From a virus: 64,000 nt of DNA. The position numbers and the translations under genes were made by a program. The notes below the pieces were generated by a model that worked only from the letters and a program-made list of their open reading frames with translations, was not told the DNA's origin and did no database searches. Position 1 is the first letter of the stretch. Each line of letters starts with the position of its first letter. This document shows positions 27,975-37,816 of this stretch, piece after piece. The stretch lies in IMG/VR virus record IMGVR_UViG_3300026488_000025, positions 15,664 through 79,663 of that record, one strand, 5' to 3'.

Positions 27975-29050
27975 AAGAAGTCAGCCAATGAAGTTTCTAC
28001 TTCAGCTCCCGAAATATAAAAATCAGATGCATTAGCAAATAACTCCCCTAGACTATATTTTAACAGAAAATCATTAATCTTCTTAGCATTGAATTGAATC
28101 GTTTGTTCTTTGAAATCTTTAACGACTGGATTATAAATGTAATCAGGAATAGCATCGAAACTAGTTAAGATATAATTCAAATCGTAATTCTTTCTATACA
28201 TAACATTCTCGCTTAAATTTACTTCCAAATCTTGAACGAATTTTAATGCACCTTTCTCACCGAATGGCACTGTTTTGTATATGTCTTTGATGTCTGACAT
28301 CTGACCTTTTTTCTTTCCTGCTGTAATTTTCTTAAAGACTGTGAAATCACTCATAAGTTTTTCGCTAATACTAAGTTTTAGAAACTCTGGTACGCTTGTA
28401 GTGTAAATTTCATTCTCTTTGAGATACGAAATAAATGTTGGACTGAATGCTGTCCTACTTTTAATATTTGGAATATTATCGACTGCATCACCTAAACATC
28501 TGTGAAGTATAGCATAATCTTCAGCTTCTTCTGGTGTCATTGATACAAAATCTTTTTTAATAGGTCTGTATTGTTTAACGCCTCTGTGTTTAAGTAATTG
28601 AAAGAAATCTTTATCTTCACTTAAAATAGTCACATTGTAAATAGGGCTGTATTCTTTTGCTATAACAGCAATACCATCATCTGCTTCAGTCTTATCTAAC
28701 CCAATAACTTTGAATGGGAATGCTTCTTTCATAGTATCTGTCAATTCATTAAGAACTACATAAAGAGTTTCCCAATTAATATCAGATTCAGATTTATCTC
28801 TGTTGCCTTTGTATTCCGGGTAAACATCTTTTCTCCAAGAACCAAAACCATCTAAGAATATAACTACTTCATCACTTTTAAATCGTTTCATACTGAAGCG
28901 TAGTGAATTTAGTACCATATGGAATAGCATACTCTGAAAGTCAGCTGTTACATATTTTCCATCTTTTTTTGAGGGTTTTGATAGGTGAATGGCCGTATGG
29001 ACCATTCTTGAAGAAAGATGACCGAAATCTACTAGTAGTAAATTTTTCAT
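27971..29050 (-). CDS. rnh: RNase H / 5'-3' exonuclease (T4 rnh type)
   Basis: LLVD, WRK..YPEYKGNR, EADD, SEDKDF.QL, GDAVDNIP. Confidence 0.9.
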   Translation of the reverse strand: MKNLLLVDFGHLSSRMVHTAIHLSKPSKKDGKYVTADFQSMLFHMVLNSLRFSMKRFKSDEVVIFLDGFGSWRKDVYPEYKGNRDKSESDINWETLYVVLNELTDTMKEAFPFKVIGLDKTEADDGIAVIAKEYSPIYNVTILSEDKDFFQLLKHRGVKQYRPIKKDFVSMTPEEAEDYAILHRCLGDAVDNIPNIKSRTAFSPTFISYLKENEIYTTSVPEFLKLSISEKLMSDFTVFKKITAGKKKGQMSDIKDIYKTVPFGEKGALKFVQDLEVNLSENVMYRKNYDLNYILTSFDAIPDYIYNPVVKDFKEQTIQFNAKKINDFLLKYSLGELFANASDFYISGAEVETSLADFF

Positions 29051-30078
29051 ATATTATCCTTTATATGTTTCAAATATGTAGTGCGGTTTATTATACTAAA
29101 ACTATCTACATATTTTTGTTTATTTTTCAATAACCTGAAGTTATCAACTGTGCTTTTATACTGTTTTGCTATTAAATAGTTAGCAAAATCATTTTTCCTC
29201 ATATAGATACCATCCACAAGAAAGAAGTATTTAGCATCAATAGTTGTATAAGTATTATCAGTTTCGTAAGTAGGTTTAGTTATCTCTACTAATTTATCTG
29301 TTTTTATATCCCAAGCAGTAACTATGTTTTGTTTTACGCTTTTAAGTTTCCCTAGTTTATATTCTTCTGAAGAAACCTTTATAGTATTGCCTTTTTCGTC
29401 TTTGACGCATACTTTATTACTGGAATTATGGCTATAATTCTGTTTATTCTTATAATATTCTTGTTTCGTTACTGATATGTTATTACCTTTTTTATCTACA
29501 ACTACAACTCTACCTTTAGTATGAAATAAATGAATATCACTATCATATTGGTCTTTATTTACTGTAATATTTTCGCCTGTTCTTATAAGTTTAACATTAA
29601 CCTTACCTTTAGCAACACCTACATAACTAGGATTTGCTTTAAACTCTTCTACTGTGACTCGCTTTTTATCGCCAGTTTCTAAATCTATAATAGTTGTAGT
29701 ACCAAGTTTGTCTAGCGATATTTGTTGCATAGATTGTTGCTTTAGTGCACCATAAGTAGTAGAATCAATAACACCTTTCATATCGTTCTTGTGAGTCATA
29801 CCCCACCAAGCATAAGTAGTAGATGGTTCATCTAAAGCTTGAGCTAATAGAGAATGAGCAATGTAGTGGTCTTCGCACAATAATATAGCACGATTCCACA
29901 CATAGTCTTTAAGATTACTATAATCTGGAAATAATGCTTGTGGTAGAATGTGATGGTTCTCTGTTTGGTTCTTGATATATATAGACTTATTATTATTACA
30001 AAAGTCTATATACTCTATTAGTTTTAACTGGTTTTTAACTCTAACATTTTTGAAATATTCTAGCATAATGACCTCCAA
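29047..30078 (-). CDS. HNH-type homing endonuclease
   Basis: ENHHILPQ..FP...N..L...DHYIAH; repeated C-terminal modules. Confidence 0.75.
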   Translation of the reverse strand: MEVIMLEYFKNVRVKNQLKLIEYIDFCNNNKSIYIKNQTENHHILPQALFPDYSNLKDYVWNRAILLCEDHYIAHSLLAQALDEPSTTYAWWGMTHKNDMKGVIDSTTYGALKQQSMQQISLDKLGTTTIIDLETGDKKRVTVEEFKANPSYVGVAKGKVNVKLIRTGENITVNKDQYDSDIHLFHTKGRVVVVDKKGNNISVTKQEYYKNKQNYSHNSSNKVCVKDEKGNTIKVSSEEYKLGKLKSVKQNIVTAWDIKTDKLVEITKPTYETDNTYTTIDAKYFFLVDGIYMRKNDFANYLIAKQYKSTVDNFRLLKNKQKYVDSFSIINRTTYLKHIKDNI

Positions 30079-30124
30079 AAGTCTATATAGTATTATTTAT
30101 ATAGACCGTTCAAGAAATCAAGTG

Positions 30125-31159
30125 CTACAACCCATTAAGGAAATCCAAATCATCATCTGATTCAGTTGCTGGAACTGGAGTCGTTTGACCCGCGTCTGCA
30201 TTGAGTGTTGTTTCGACTGGTGCACTAACAACTGGTGTTTCAACTACTGGAGTTGGTGTTGTAGTTACTGGTTGAACTGCTAGTGGGTCTATTACTGTTT
30301 GTGCAACTGTCGTAGTAGGCTCTTGTGCAACTGTCGTATCGGCTACTTGTCCTAGTGTACTTGCAACAAGTTGCTTGAATACGATTGGGTCAAGAAGTTT
30401 CGGTGTGTAAGTTTCACAAACCCATTTAAGTGACTTAGCACTTTCTTCATAAGTTTTGAATGCTTCTGGTTGCTTGAATTCCATTAAATCAACAGCGTTC
30501 TCTGTGATGTCTTTGATAGCAGCGTCTGCATCAGCATAAACTGAAGTTGCAACATCGATTGTAGTGTCATCATAATTGAAGAAACCTGACGCTTTCTTAA
30601 TTTTTAGTTTGATGTTATTACCAACTAATGGATTGAATAACTCTTTTGGAGTTTCACCAAGTGCTCTATCTTGCTCAGATGGATTAAGTGCTGCCATAAA
30701 CTTATCGAAAAGTTTTGTACCAAATTTCCATAGTTTGATTTTACCATTGTTCTCAGGGTTAGCAGGGTCATTAACTACTAAGATATTAACATAGTAATTC
30801 ATTTTACGAGAGAAGTTTTTCGCTTCAGTCTTTGCTTCATCTGTACCTAGTGCATAGATTGCTCCCCATAACTTAGAGGCAGGACACGGCTGGTCGATTG
30901 TTTCAGGTGATGTGTTTAAGTACCATCTTTTTTTCTTATTTACTGCATCCCAAGATTGAACTGCGTGTGAATAAACTTTAATGAAAGGTAAACCTTTTGG
31001 GTCTAATAGTAAGCGAATGATTGCTACACCGTTGTCATTTTCATCTCTTGAAAGTGTCCAGAATCGGTCATCTTTGTATGATTTTTTTTCAGTACCTAGT
31101 GTACCTGGTGCGAGTGTTTTTGATAGTTCTGCGAATGATTGATTGAAATCTAATGCCAT
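30125..31159 (-). CDS. gp32: Single-stranded DNA-binding protein
   Basis: DDRFW, G.AIIR, YYVNILVVNDPANPENNGK, KFG.K.F, NYD, acidic tail DDDLDFL. Confidence 0.92.
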   Translation of the reverse strand: MALDFNQSFAELSKTLAPGTLGTEKKSYKDDRFWTLSRDENDNGVAIIRLLLDPKGLPFIKVYSHAVQSWDAVNKKKRWYLNTSPETIDQPCPASKLWGAIYALGTDEAKTEAKNFSRKMNYYVNILVVNDPANPENNGKIKLWKFGTKLFDKFMAALNPSEQDRALGETPKELFNPLVGNNIKLKIKKASGFFNYDDTTIDVATSVYADADAAIKDITENAVDLMEFKQPEAFKTYEESAKSLKWVCETYTPKLLDPIVFKQLVASTLGQVADTTVAQEPTTTVAQTVIDPLAVQPVTTTPTPVVETPVVSAPVETTLNADAGQTTPVPATESDDDLDFLNGL

Positions 31160-31460
31160 TGTGTATTTCTCCTAACGAAATCTTAACGAGTATCTTAAAG
31201 ATACTTTTATACGAATGCCAACTTAAAGATGGCTTTAAACGAATTTTAACGAATGTCCTAAAGACAAAATTACTCTAAATAGTACTTCCTATAAGTACTT
31301 CCACGAATAATCCAATGTCTATATACATATCTATTTATAAACTTTATTTCTGAACATATTATATCAAGTTTTTACTTAATAACGATACGCTTATCAAAGA
31401 TTCTAAACTTCTCGTTCATTCTCTTTGTGTACAGTATTATAACAAAAAAGGACTTAATTT

Positions 31461-32402
31461 TTGTATATAAATACTATCAAAATGGAGAACTCTATGGAAT
31501 TAATCACCGAAGAAGAATTAAGAAGAATCGATGAAGCAACTACAATCAATGACCTTGTTAATACAGAAATACTAATTACTAGTATGGAAAGAATTGTACA
31601 AAAAGATAGTATTGCTTATCAAGTATCAGATATTAGAAAAATGGCAGGCCCAACTGGTCGTGTTAATGGATATTTAAGAGATAAAACATCAGATAAGATG
31701 ATTGTAAAAACAGCACTTGTAGAAGCTGTGTCAAGAACGATTAAATCTGAATTCACATTAGAAGTTCTTAAAGATAATGCAAGATTATATGGTGAAGATT
31801 TTCACGAAGTTCTTGCTTATTACTTCATAGATGAACTTGCTTATACAATCGATGCAGATTTTATCGATATGACTAAACTTGCTTCTAAAAAGAGTACAGC
31901 TTTATCTTTTGACTCTAGCTTTGATAATAACATTTATGATGTTGTTACACAAGTTTTCGCTAAAATAAACAAAGAAAGAGTTGCACTTGCTACACGCTCT
32001 AAACGCCCACTAAAAACTTGGGCAGTTGTTTCACCAAATATTGCTTCATTGCTTATGAATAACAGTATTCTTGCTCAAGATTTAGATAAAGGTGATTCAG
32101 GTGTTTCTCTTTTAGGTTCATTTGCTGGTATGGATATCTACTTAGATAATACGCATACGGATGTAAAAGATTATGTTCTTTTAGGTGTTAAAGGAAATGG
32201 TTTTGCTAAAGGTGCTACGACTGTAAGCCCTTATGAGAGAACTTTCTTTACATCACAAGACCAATTATCAGGTGAGAGAAATTACTTTATGCTAGATAGA
32301 ATAGCTATGATTCAAAACCCATCGGATACATTAGGTGATGACCTTTCAAGTATGCTAGTGTCATTTGAGATAGATTTAAGCCAATTAGCGTTATACGCAT
32401 AA
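31461..32402 (+). CDS. gp23/gp24-like capsid protein paralogue
   Basis: MAGPTG, SR.IKSEFTLE, ID.DFI, VVSPNIAS, G.DIY.D, PY; late promoter upstream. Confidence 0.7.
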   Translation: MYINTIKMENSMELITEEELRRIDEATTINDLVNTEILITSMERIVQKDSIAYQVSDIRKMAGPTGRVNGYLRDKTSDKMIVKTALVEAVSRTIKSEFTLEVLKDNARLYGEDFHEVLAYYFIDELAYTIDADFIDMTKLASKKSTALSFDSSFDNNIYDVVTQVFAKINKERVALATRSKRPLKTWAVVSPNIASLLMNNSILAQDLDKGDSGVSLLGSFAGMDIYLDNTHTDVKDYVLLGVKGNGFAKGATTVSPYERTFFTSQDQLSGERNYFMLDRIAMIQNPSDTLGDDLSSMLVSFEIDLSQLALYA

Positions 32403-32412
32403 GGAGATAGAT

Positions 32413-32535
32413 ATGTTAATTTTTAGTGAATTTGTACAAGAAGGTACAGAAAGCAAAGAGTGTGATTGTGGTTGTAAGGGTGATGAAAGCAAATGTAAAT
32501 GTGAAGATTCTTGCTCTTGTAGAACAAAAAAATAG
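32413..32535 (+). CDS. Metallothionein-like Cys-rich peptide with capsid-targeting-like N-terminus (not in ORF track)
   Basis: AAGGAG SD; MLIFSEFVQEGTESKECDCGCKGDESKCKCEDSCSCRTKK. Confidence 0.65.
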   Translation: MLIFSEFVQEGTESKECDCGCKGDESKCKCEDSCSCRTKK

Positions 32536-32550
32536 TAGTATATAGACATT

Positions 32551-32787
32551 ATGAATGCTCTATATGATTTGATATACGATTGGCTAGACAAAGATGCCAA
32601 CTCTATTGATTTTTGGGGTATTATAGCCGATGAATACGGCATATTTTATGAAGAAGGTAAAATAGATGATGTCGATGATTTAGTAACAAGGCTCTCTAAG
32701 AAGCAACTAAAGAAGTTTGCTAAAGATTATATTACTGACCCAGCGAGAACCAGACAAAAATTAGGTAAATATGCCGACCTATTGTAG
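32551..32787 (+). CDS. Small protein ending KLGKYADLL
   Basis: C-terminus shared with the ankyrin proteins. Confidence 0.6.
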   Translation: MNALYDLIYDWLDKDANSIDFWGIIADEYGIFYEEGKIDDVDDLVTRLSKKQLKKFAKDYITDPARTRQKLGKYADLL

Positions 32788-32788
32788 A

Positions 32789-34126
32789 TTAGTTAGTCAA
32801 TAAGACTAACTTGTCCGAACTCCTCGTAACCCCTACATACATTAAGCGAAACATTAAATCATCTTGTTCCTTACTCTTACCCTGCATACCTTGAATATCT
32901 CTTACATCTAAGTAAACAGAACAAAAAGATGAACCTTGTAGTTTGTGTAATGTACTTGCATAATGGTACTTGATTTCAATAAATTCTTCTTTCAAAGCGA
33001 AGAACTCTTGCCATAATTCTTTCTTGAATTCACCCTTAGCCATCTTTGCATCGTTAGCTACTTTTTGAGTAATACCATAGAAGTCTTGCTCTGAAGATGG
33101 GTCTATGATGTCAATACTTTTGTTGTCTTTATCGGCACATTTCCAGTAGTTAATCGTTTGACCTTTCATCTTTTTAGAACTTTTTATTACTCCCATTAAC
33201 TCAACACTTTGTCCATTACTATGAACCATTTCTTTTTGTGTACCTTTATCAATAACATTTGGTTGTTGTAGTACAATAGTGTCACCAGGTTCTAAGAATT
33301 TCTTATCAGGGAACATAGTTTTTCTGATTCCAAAATTGTAAGTATTCACCAAACTGTTTGTAAATGAACCTACAATTTTTGTAGTCAAAGTATTACTATC
33401 AGTAGCATAAATATTTAAGAATTCTCCTATCTCTTGGTACATAGGGATATCAGGATGTCTAGCAAGAATCTTACTGATTGGTGGGTATTTTTTCAGTTCG
33501 ATACATCTTCTAAGGTCTGTAGCAAGTTTAATTAATGGATTATCTTTTGCTTGTCTAACGATTTCTGTTAGTTCGTATGAGTGAGATTCTGGTAGTTCGT
33601 GCATCTTACCTGACACTACGGGTAGTTGGTATTTATCCCCTACTAGCAGTACAGCTTTGACTCTTCCCGAGTCGATAGCATCTTCTACATACTCGAACAA
33701 CTCTGAACCTACCATCGACTTCTCATCGATTATGAGCAAGTCACATTTCATTTTCTTGATACCAGGGTCTGTGTTCACTTTAAGGACTTGTTTACCAGTA
33801 TTGTAATCATTTTCGATTTTTAGTTTAAGGAATGAGTGTATAGTACTTGCTATAATTTCATCTTCTGCTCTTTTGTCGCCTGTATTGTATTTCTTAGCAA
33901 TATTCTTAGCTACTTCAAGTGAAGCGTGGGTAGGTGTCGTAATGGCAATCTTCCATCCTAAGAACTTGAAATAATTGATTATATAGAGTATAGAGAAAGT
34001 TTTACCTACTCCGGCACCACCAGATAATTCAACAATACTATCTCTAGTAATGTCCATATCTTTGGCTTCGATGAGGTCTTGAATGAGAGGCGTAACAACC
34101 TCTTCTTGGTGTGTAGTTAGTTCCAT
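32789..34126 (-). CDS. dda: Dda-like SF1B DNA helicase
   Basis: GGAGVGKT, TPTH, STIHSFL, IIDE.SM, GDKYQLP, LTEIVRQ, HKLQGS, YVGVTR. Confidence 0.9.
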   Translation of the reverse strand: MELTTHQEEVVTPLIQDLIEAKDMDITRDSIVELSGGAGVGKTFSILYIINYFKFLGWKIAITTPTHASLEVAKNIAKKYNTGDKRAEDEIIASTIHSFLKLKIENDYNTGKQVLKVNTDPGIKKMKCDLLIIDEKSMVGSELFEYVEDAIDSGRVKAVLLVGDKYQLPVVSGKMHELPESHSYELTEIVRQAKDNPLIKLATDLRRCIELKKYPPISKILARHPDIPMYQEIGEFLNIYATDSNTLTTKIVGSFTNSLVNTYNFGIRKTMFPDKKFLEPGDTIVLQQPNVIDKGTQKEMVHSNGQSVELMGVIKSSKKMKGQTINYWKCADKDNKSIDIIDPSSEQDFYGITQKVANDAKMAKGEFKKELWQEFFALKEEFIEIKYHYASTLHKLQGSSFCSVYLDVRDIQGMQGKSKEQDDLMFRLMYVGVTRSSDKLVLLTN

Positions 34127-34179
34127 TAGTATCCTTTATGTCGTATTATAACATAAAAGTACTTAATACATTTTAGTAC

Positions 34180-34524
34180 TTAGTATCTACTTGGTAAATC
34201 TTTTTGTGTCTTCATTGGCCCAAAATTAAAATATTTCTTACCACTGATTCTTACGGCGAAATAATAAGCATAAGCAGCAGTTCTATTCCAGATATTACTA
34301 AACCAATTCGATGCTCTTTCTGCATCTTCTAGCATAGCATCTAAAAATGATTTGTCTGCATATTTTCTGTCTTTGTTCTCACCACCTCTCCAGTAGTAAA
34401 AGTCGTGATGATTACAAGATGCCTTGAAGAAGAATTGTGGAGGCGTAAAACCCATTCCTTTACCACCACATCCGTTAGTGATTTCTGATTTTTGTTTATC
34501 TGTTAATTGACTGTATTTTAGCAT
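34180..34524 (-). CDS. Conserved phage protein, phospholipase A2-like/DUF1353-like
   Basis: NGCG..F..SCNHHDFYY..GG..DR..AD..F..M. Confidence 0.55.
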   Translation of the reverse strand: MLKYSQLTDKQKSEITNGCGGKGMGFTPPQFFFKASCNHHDFYYWRGGENKDRKYADKSFLDAMLEDAERASNWFSNIWNRTAAYAYYFAVRISGKKYFNFGPMKTQKDLPSRY

Positions 34525-34580
34525 ATTATATACCTCCGTATTTAGAGATATTTATAGAAGGAGTGTATTATTCTTAAAAA

Positions 34581-34846
34581 TTAGATTGAATCGTTTATGA
34601 TGTTTTCGTTTACTGGCATCTCCGAAGAGAACATTATCAATTTAATGCCGAAGGAACCATCTATTTGCTCATAGATAAGACACATTTATTTGATATGTGT
34701 ATCGAGTTATTCATTATCATAACTGAAAAGTTGAACTCATTTCGATGCTTATAGCATCAGGCTTTGTCTTCAACTCTGACTGTAACAGCTTCCATTTAAG
34801 TTTCCTTAATAATTAAGTTTGATGTATTCATAAACTGTAATTCTAA
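34581..34846 (-). ncRNA. Y-RNA-like ncRNA copy A (long), downstream of Ro60
   Basis: 5' TTAGA-ATTACA-GTTTATGA-ATACATC pairs with 3' TCATAAAC-GATTCAA-TCTAA; many internal hairpins; no ORF. Confidence 0.65.
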
Positions 34847-34998
34847 TTTTTAACAATAATAATTTAAAGAAGTATCATTATTTATAGACCCGATAAGAGG
34901 TCTATTTAAGTATTAAACTTTGCACTTACCAAATTTACGAAGCAATTTACAAAGTAAACAGTTCTTACGCATCCAATTTAACATAGTTCTCCTTTGTA

Positions 34999-36522
34999 TT
35001 AAAGTTTGATTGCTAGAATCTCATCGATTAATGCGTTTGAGTTTTTCCACATCTTCGGAATTACGCTTAACATCTTGTCCGAAAATCCTGAAACTTCCAG
35101 AATGTCATTAGATAATTTCATTGGTGTGTCACCGCCGTATCCTTGAAGATTCCAGAATAGTATCTTAACATTTGGGTTGATTTTTCTATATGCTGTTACT
35201 GCTTGTTTGAATGAACCTAAACTATTTGATTGCATATCTGTTAGGATAACAATTTTATCTACGAATGTTTTCGTTTTCACTAAATCTGCCATACTAGCAT
35301 TAAGATTTGTACCATATCCTTGTGTGTTTGTTCTCTTAATGAAATCGAACGGAGAACCACTGATATCCACTCTACGAGCATTGTCTGCCCATAAGTAACC
35401 TAATGTTTTGGTTTTATCTAATCCCACTAACATACTTGCCATTAAAATCTTACCGATTTTGAATGGGCTCATTTCTGTAGCACTTGAACCCCATCCTGAA
35501 CTACCCATTGAACCTGACTCATCTAGTAACAGTGCTACACTCTCACCTTCATCAACGATTGGGATATTCTTTGCTGAAATAATGAAACCTGCTTCGATAC
35601 CATCTAATAGTTCTTTTTGTAAGATTCTATCGAATGACATTGCTTCTACTGCTTCTGCTGCTTGAATAAATCTGAATGGAAGTACCATAGATTTACGACA
35701 CGCTTTCTCATTTCTGAATAACAATGAAAGTTTTGTAATCATTGCTTGTCTATCTGATTGGTCGAAACCATCAAGAGTTTCTAAGATATTTTTAAGGTTT
35801 TTAAGACCAGCCATATATCCTAGTTTTCCTTCGATTAACATACTGAAATAGTTTTGAGCTCTTGATTCACCAGTTGATTGAGCATTAACTGTTTGAGCAG
35901 TAACGATGTTCTCTAATGTTCCTTCGATTAATCTTTTGAATACATCTGTATCTTTTGCTTTACCTTTTGCTACAAGAGTTTCTGGATTTGGACGAGCAAG
36001 TTTAACGATGTCACGAAGTTTAATCTTACCTGAACCACCTGAATATTTCTTTAATTGATACTCATCAAATTTTGACTCAAATACATCTTTGATTGCTCTA
36101 CGAAGAGAATTTGGAATCATTTTACCTTTATTGCGAGTATTGAATAAAGCAACCATTTCCATAGCATCATCAGGTCTTACAATAGTTTTAGTAAGAGCAC
36201 TTCTTAAATAATCAGTACCTTTAACATTTTCTGCTAAGATAGCACCCATTATATGTGATACAGTTCTAAGATTACCTTCATTACGAACATAAACTGCTGC
36301 TTTTGCTGCGAACTCTGAATCGCCTTCAGCAACCATACCTATAATACGATTGATTCTATCTGATTCTGATTCGTAATATGAATTACCATTTACCATACTT
36401 GATAAGATAACTGAAGCTAACTCTTTACGAGCATCTTCATATTTGTATGCTACACCACCTGCTAAGTTTGTAGTTTCTGCTTTTTTCTCTGTTTGATTGA
36501 TTGTTTCGTTGAATTTTGCCAT
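34999..36522 (-). CDS. Ro60/Rsr-like TROVE + vWA RNA-binding protein (probable start 36522)
   Basis: TTNLAGG.AY, AVYVRNEGNLR, RPDD, FDEYQL.KY, A.LKNL.NI, VLPFRF, LLDESGSM, LTDMQ, GFSDK. Confidence 0.9.
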   Translation of the reverse strand: MAKFNETINQTEKKAETTNLAGGVAYKYEDARKELASVILSSMVNGNSYYESESDRINRIIGMVAEGDSEFAAKAAVYVRNEGNLRTVSHIMGAILAENVKGTDYLRSALTKTIVRPDDAMEMVALFNTRNKGKMIPNSLRRAIKDVFESKFDEYQLKKYSGGSGKIKLRDIVKLARPNPETLVAKGKAKDTDVFKRLIEGTLENIVTAQTVNAQSTGESRAQNYFSMLIEGKLGYMAGLKNLKNILETLDGFDQSDRQAMITKLSLLFRNEKACRKSMVLPFRFIQAAEAVEAMSFDRILQKELLDGIEAGFIISAKNIPIVDEGESVALLLDESGSMGSSGWGSSATEMSPFKIGKILMASMLVGLDKTKTLGYLWADNARRVDISGSPFDFIKRTNTQGYGTNLNASMADLVKTKTFVDKIVILTDMQSNSLGSFKQAVTAYRKINPNVKILFWNLQGYGGDTPMKLSNDILEVSGFSDKMLSVIPKMWKNSNALIDEILAIKL

Positions 36523-36603
36523 TGTGTTCTTTCCTTTGTTTAATTCTCTTACGAGATAATGTTGAAGTGTCCTCACTTCACCTTGTGTGTTCTTTTAGTA
36601 ATA

Positions 36604-36722
36604 TTAGATGAAATCTACCAAGATGTCATTCCCGAGGGAATGTTGTGGTTTGACCCACGAGTTCAAATTAAGAGTTTGTGTGCTGCAATCAGCGCGATGT
36701 AATCTGTGGTATGTAATTCTAA
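36604..36722 (-). ncRNA. Y-RNA-like ncRNA copy B
   Basis: TTAGA-ATTACA-TACCACAGA-TTACATC ... TCTTGGTA-GATTTCA-TCTAA; internal cloverleaf-like arms. Confidence 0.7.
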
Positions 36723-36744
36723 CATTACTAAAAGAACTTAGAAA

Positions 36745-36823
36745 TTTTTTGATGAAATCGAATTTGATGTATATGTGTAATTCAATTAATTTGCGATGTA
36801 ATCAAAATCTGTAATTCAAAAAA
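36745..36823 (-). ncRNA. Y-RNA-like ncRNA copy C (minimal)
   Basis: TTTTGA-ATTACA-GATTTTGA-TTACATC ... TCAAATTC-GATTTCA-TCAAAA. Confidence 0.65.
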
Positions 36824-36845
36824 TTTATAAGTTCTCTTTGTTCGT

Positions 36846-36873
36846 AGATGTATTATAACGAAAGTTTACTTAA
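36846..36873 (-). promoter_or_regulatory. Early promoter upstream of ncRNA C, ncRNA B and Ro60
   Basis: TTAAG-N9-CGTTATAATACATCTAC, a variant of the repeated early motif. Confidence 0.65.
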
Positions 36874-36947
36874 TTTTTGTGTAATTAAGTATTTTCTATC
36901 CATCTTTCTTTTCTTATATGTATTTATATAGACCAAAAGTCTATATA

Positions 36948-37703
36948 CTACTTATGTTTACACTTATCGAAATGCCATTGTTTCATTCCATTAATCTTTC
37001 CAGACTTATTGCAGTGAGGACAAGTAACTGTCTCTCTATTCTTAGCACTATCACTCATTTGTTTCTTAGTACAATCAGAGTGTTCTTTATCTAAGAATGG
37101 TTTAGAAGATATTATAACTCCATCAGCATATAGTTTTTTCATAAGTTTGGATTGTTTCTCTTTTCTTTCCTCTGAATGTTTCTTGCCTAGACAAGGATGA
37201 ATCTCTCTATTCTTAGCACTATCACTCATTTGTTTCTTAGTACAATCAGAGTGTATCTGATTGTACATAGGATTACCAACACCTGCTTTTACTTTTCTCA
37301 TCTTATTTTTTGTTTCTTCTGAATGAGATAGATTAAGATTATATGTTTCATAATGTTTTGAATTATACTTTCCTGACCCATTCATTCTTCTAATTGCTTT
37401 ACTCATCTTTCGTTCACCATAAGTATAAGAGATAGATTTGTAGTGTTTCCAAATAAGTATATGACATATAAAGTGCTCTCTAGCGGTAAGAAGAATGCTA
37501 TTCCATTTATTAGACCTTAGGTCACCATATTCAGGAAACATAGATTCGGGTAGAATATGGTGATTCTCAAAGTATATATACTCATCTTCAGATTTTTTAA
37601 GTTTCTTACGATTCTCATTTTGGGCATTGTTTATTATGCTAAGGTATAATTTGCCATATTTGGTTTCTTGTTTAAGGTGTGATTGTATTTCTGTAAGTGT
37701 CAT
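36948..37703 (-). CDS. HNH homing endonuclease with NUMOD3 repeats
   Basis: ENHHILPES.FP, LTAREHFICH, duplicated HSDCTKKQMSDSAKNRE, CPHC. Confidence 0.82.
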   Translation of the reverse strand: MTLTEIQSHLKQETKYGKLYLSIINNAQNENRKKLKKSEDEYIYFENHHILPESMFPEYGDLRSNKWNSILLTAREHFICHILIWKHYKSISYTYGERKMSKAIRRMNGSGKYNSKHYETYNLNLSHSEETKNKMRKVKAGVGNPMYNQIHSDCTKKQMSDSAKNREIHPCLGKKHSEERKEKQSKLMKKLYADGVIISSKPFLDKEHSDCTKKQMSDSAKNRETVTCPHCNKSGKINGMKQWHFDKCKHK

Positions 37704-37723
37704 AGAAGACTCCTATAATAAAT

Positions 37724-37816
37724 TATAAGAGTTGATTTCCAGGTCTGTTACTTATTATGATATAGACCTGGAAGAGTATATCATAATAAGTAACACTCTT
37801 ATTATCTGTATTTATA
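37724..37816 (-). promoter_or_regulatory. Late promoter plus structured endonuclease leader, copy 3
   Basis: TATAAATA at 37816-37809; 19-bp inverted repeat 37746-37764/37777-37795; loop complementary to 37737-37745. Confidence 0.8.

Noticed and set aside
36550-36600. Fifth Y-like copy directly upstream of Ro60
   Set aside because: Only a simple hairpin (TGAAGTG/CACTTCA) without the ATTAYA/TACATC motifs
36523-36814. ORF 36608-36814 (+) and the N-terminal extension of Ro60 to 36576
   Set aside because: They overlap the structured ncRNA or leader region; the SD supports a start at 36522
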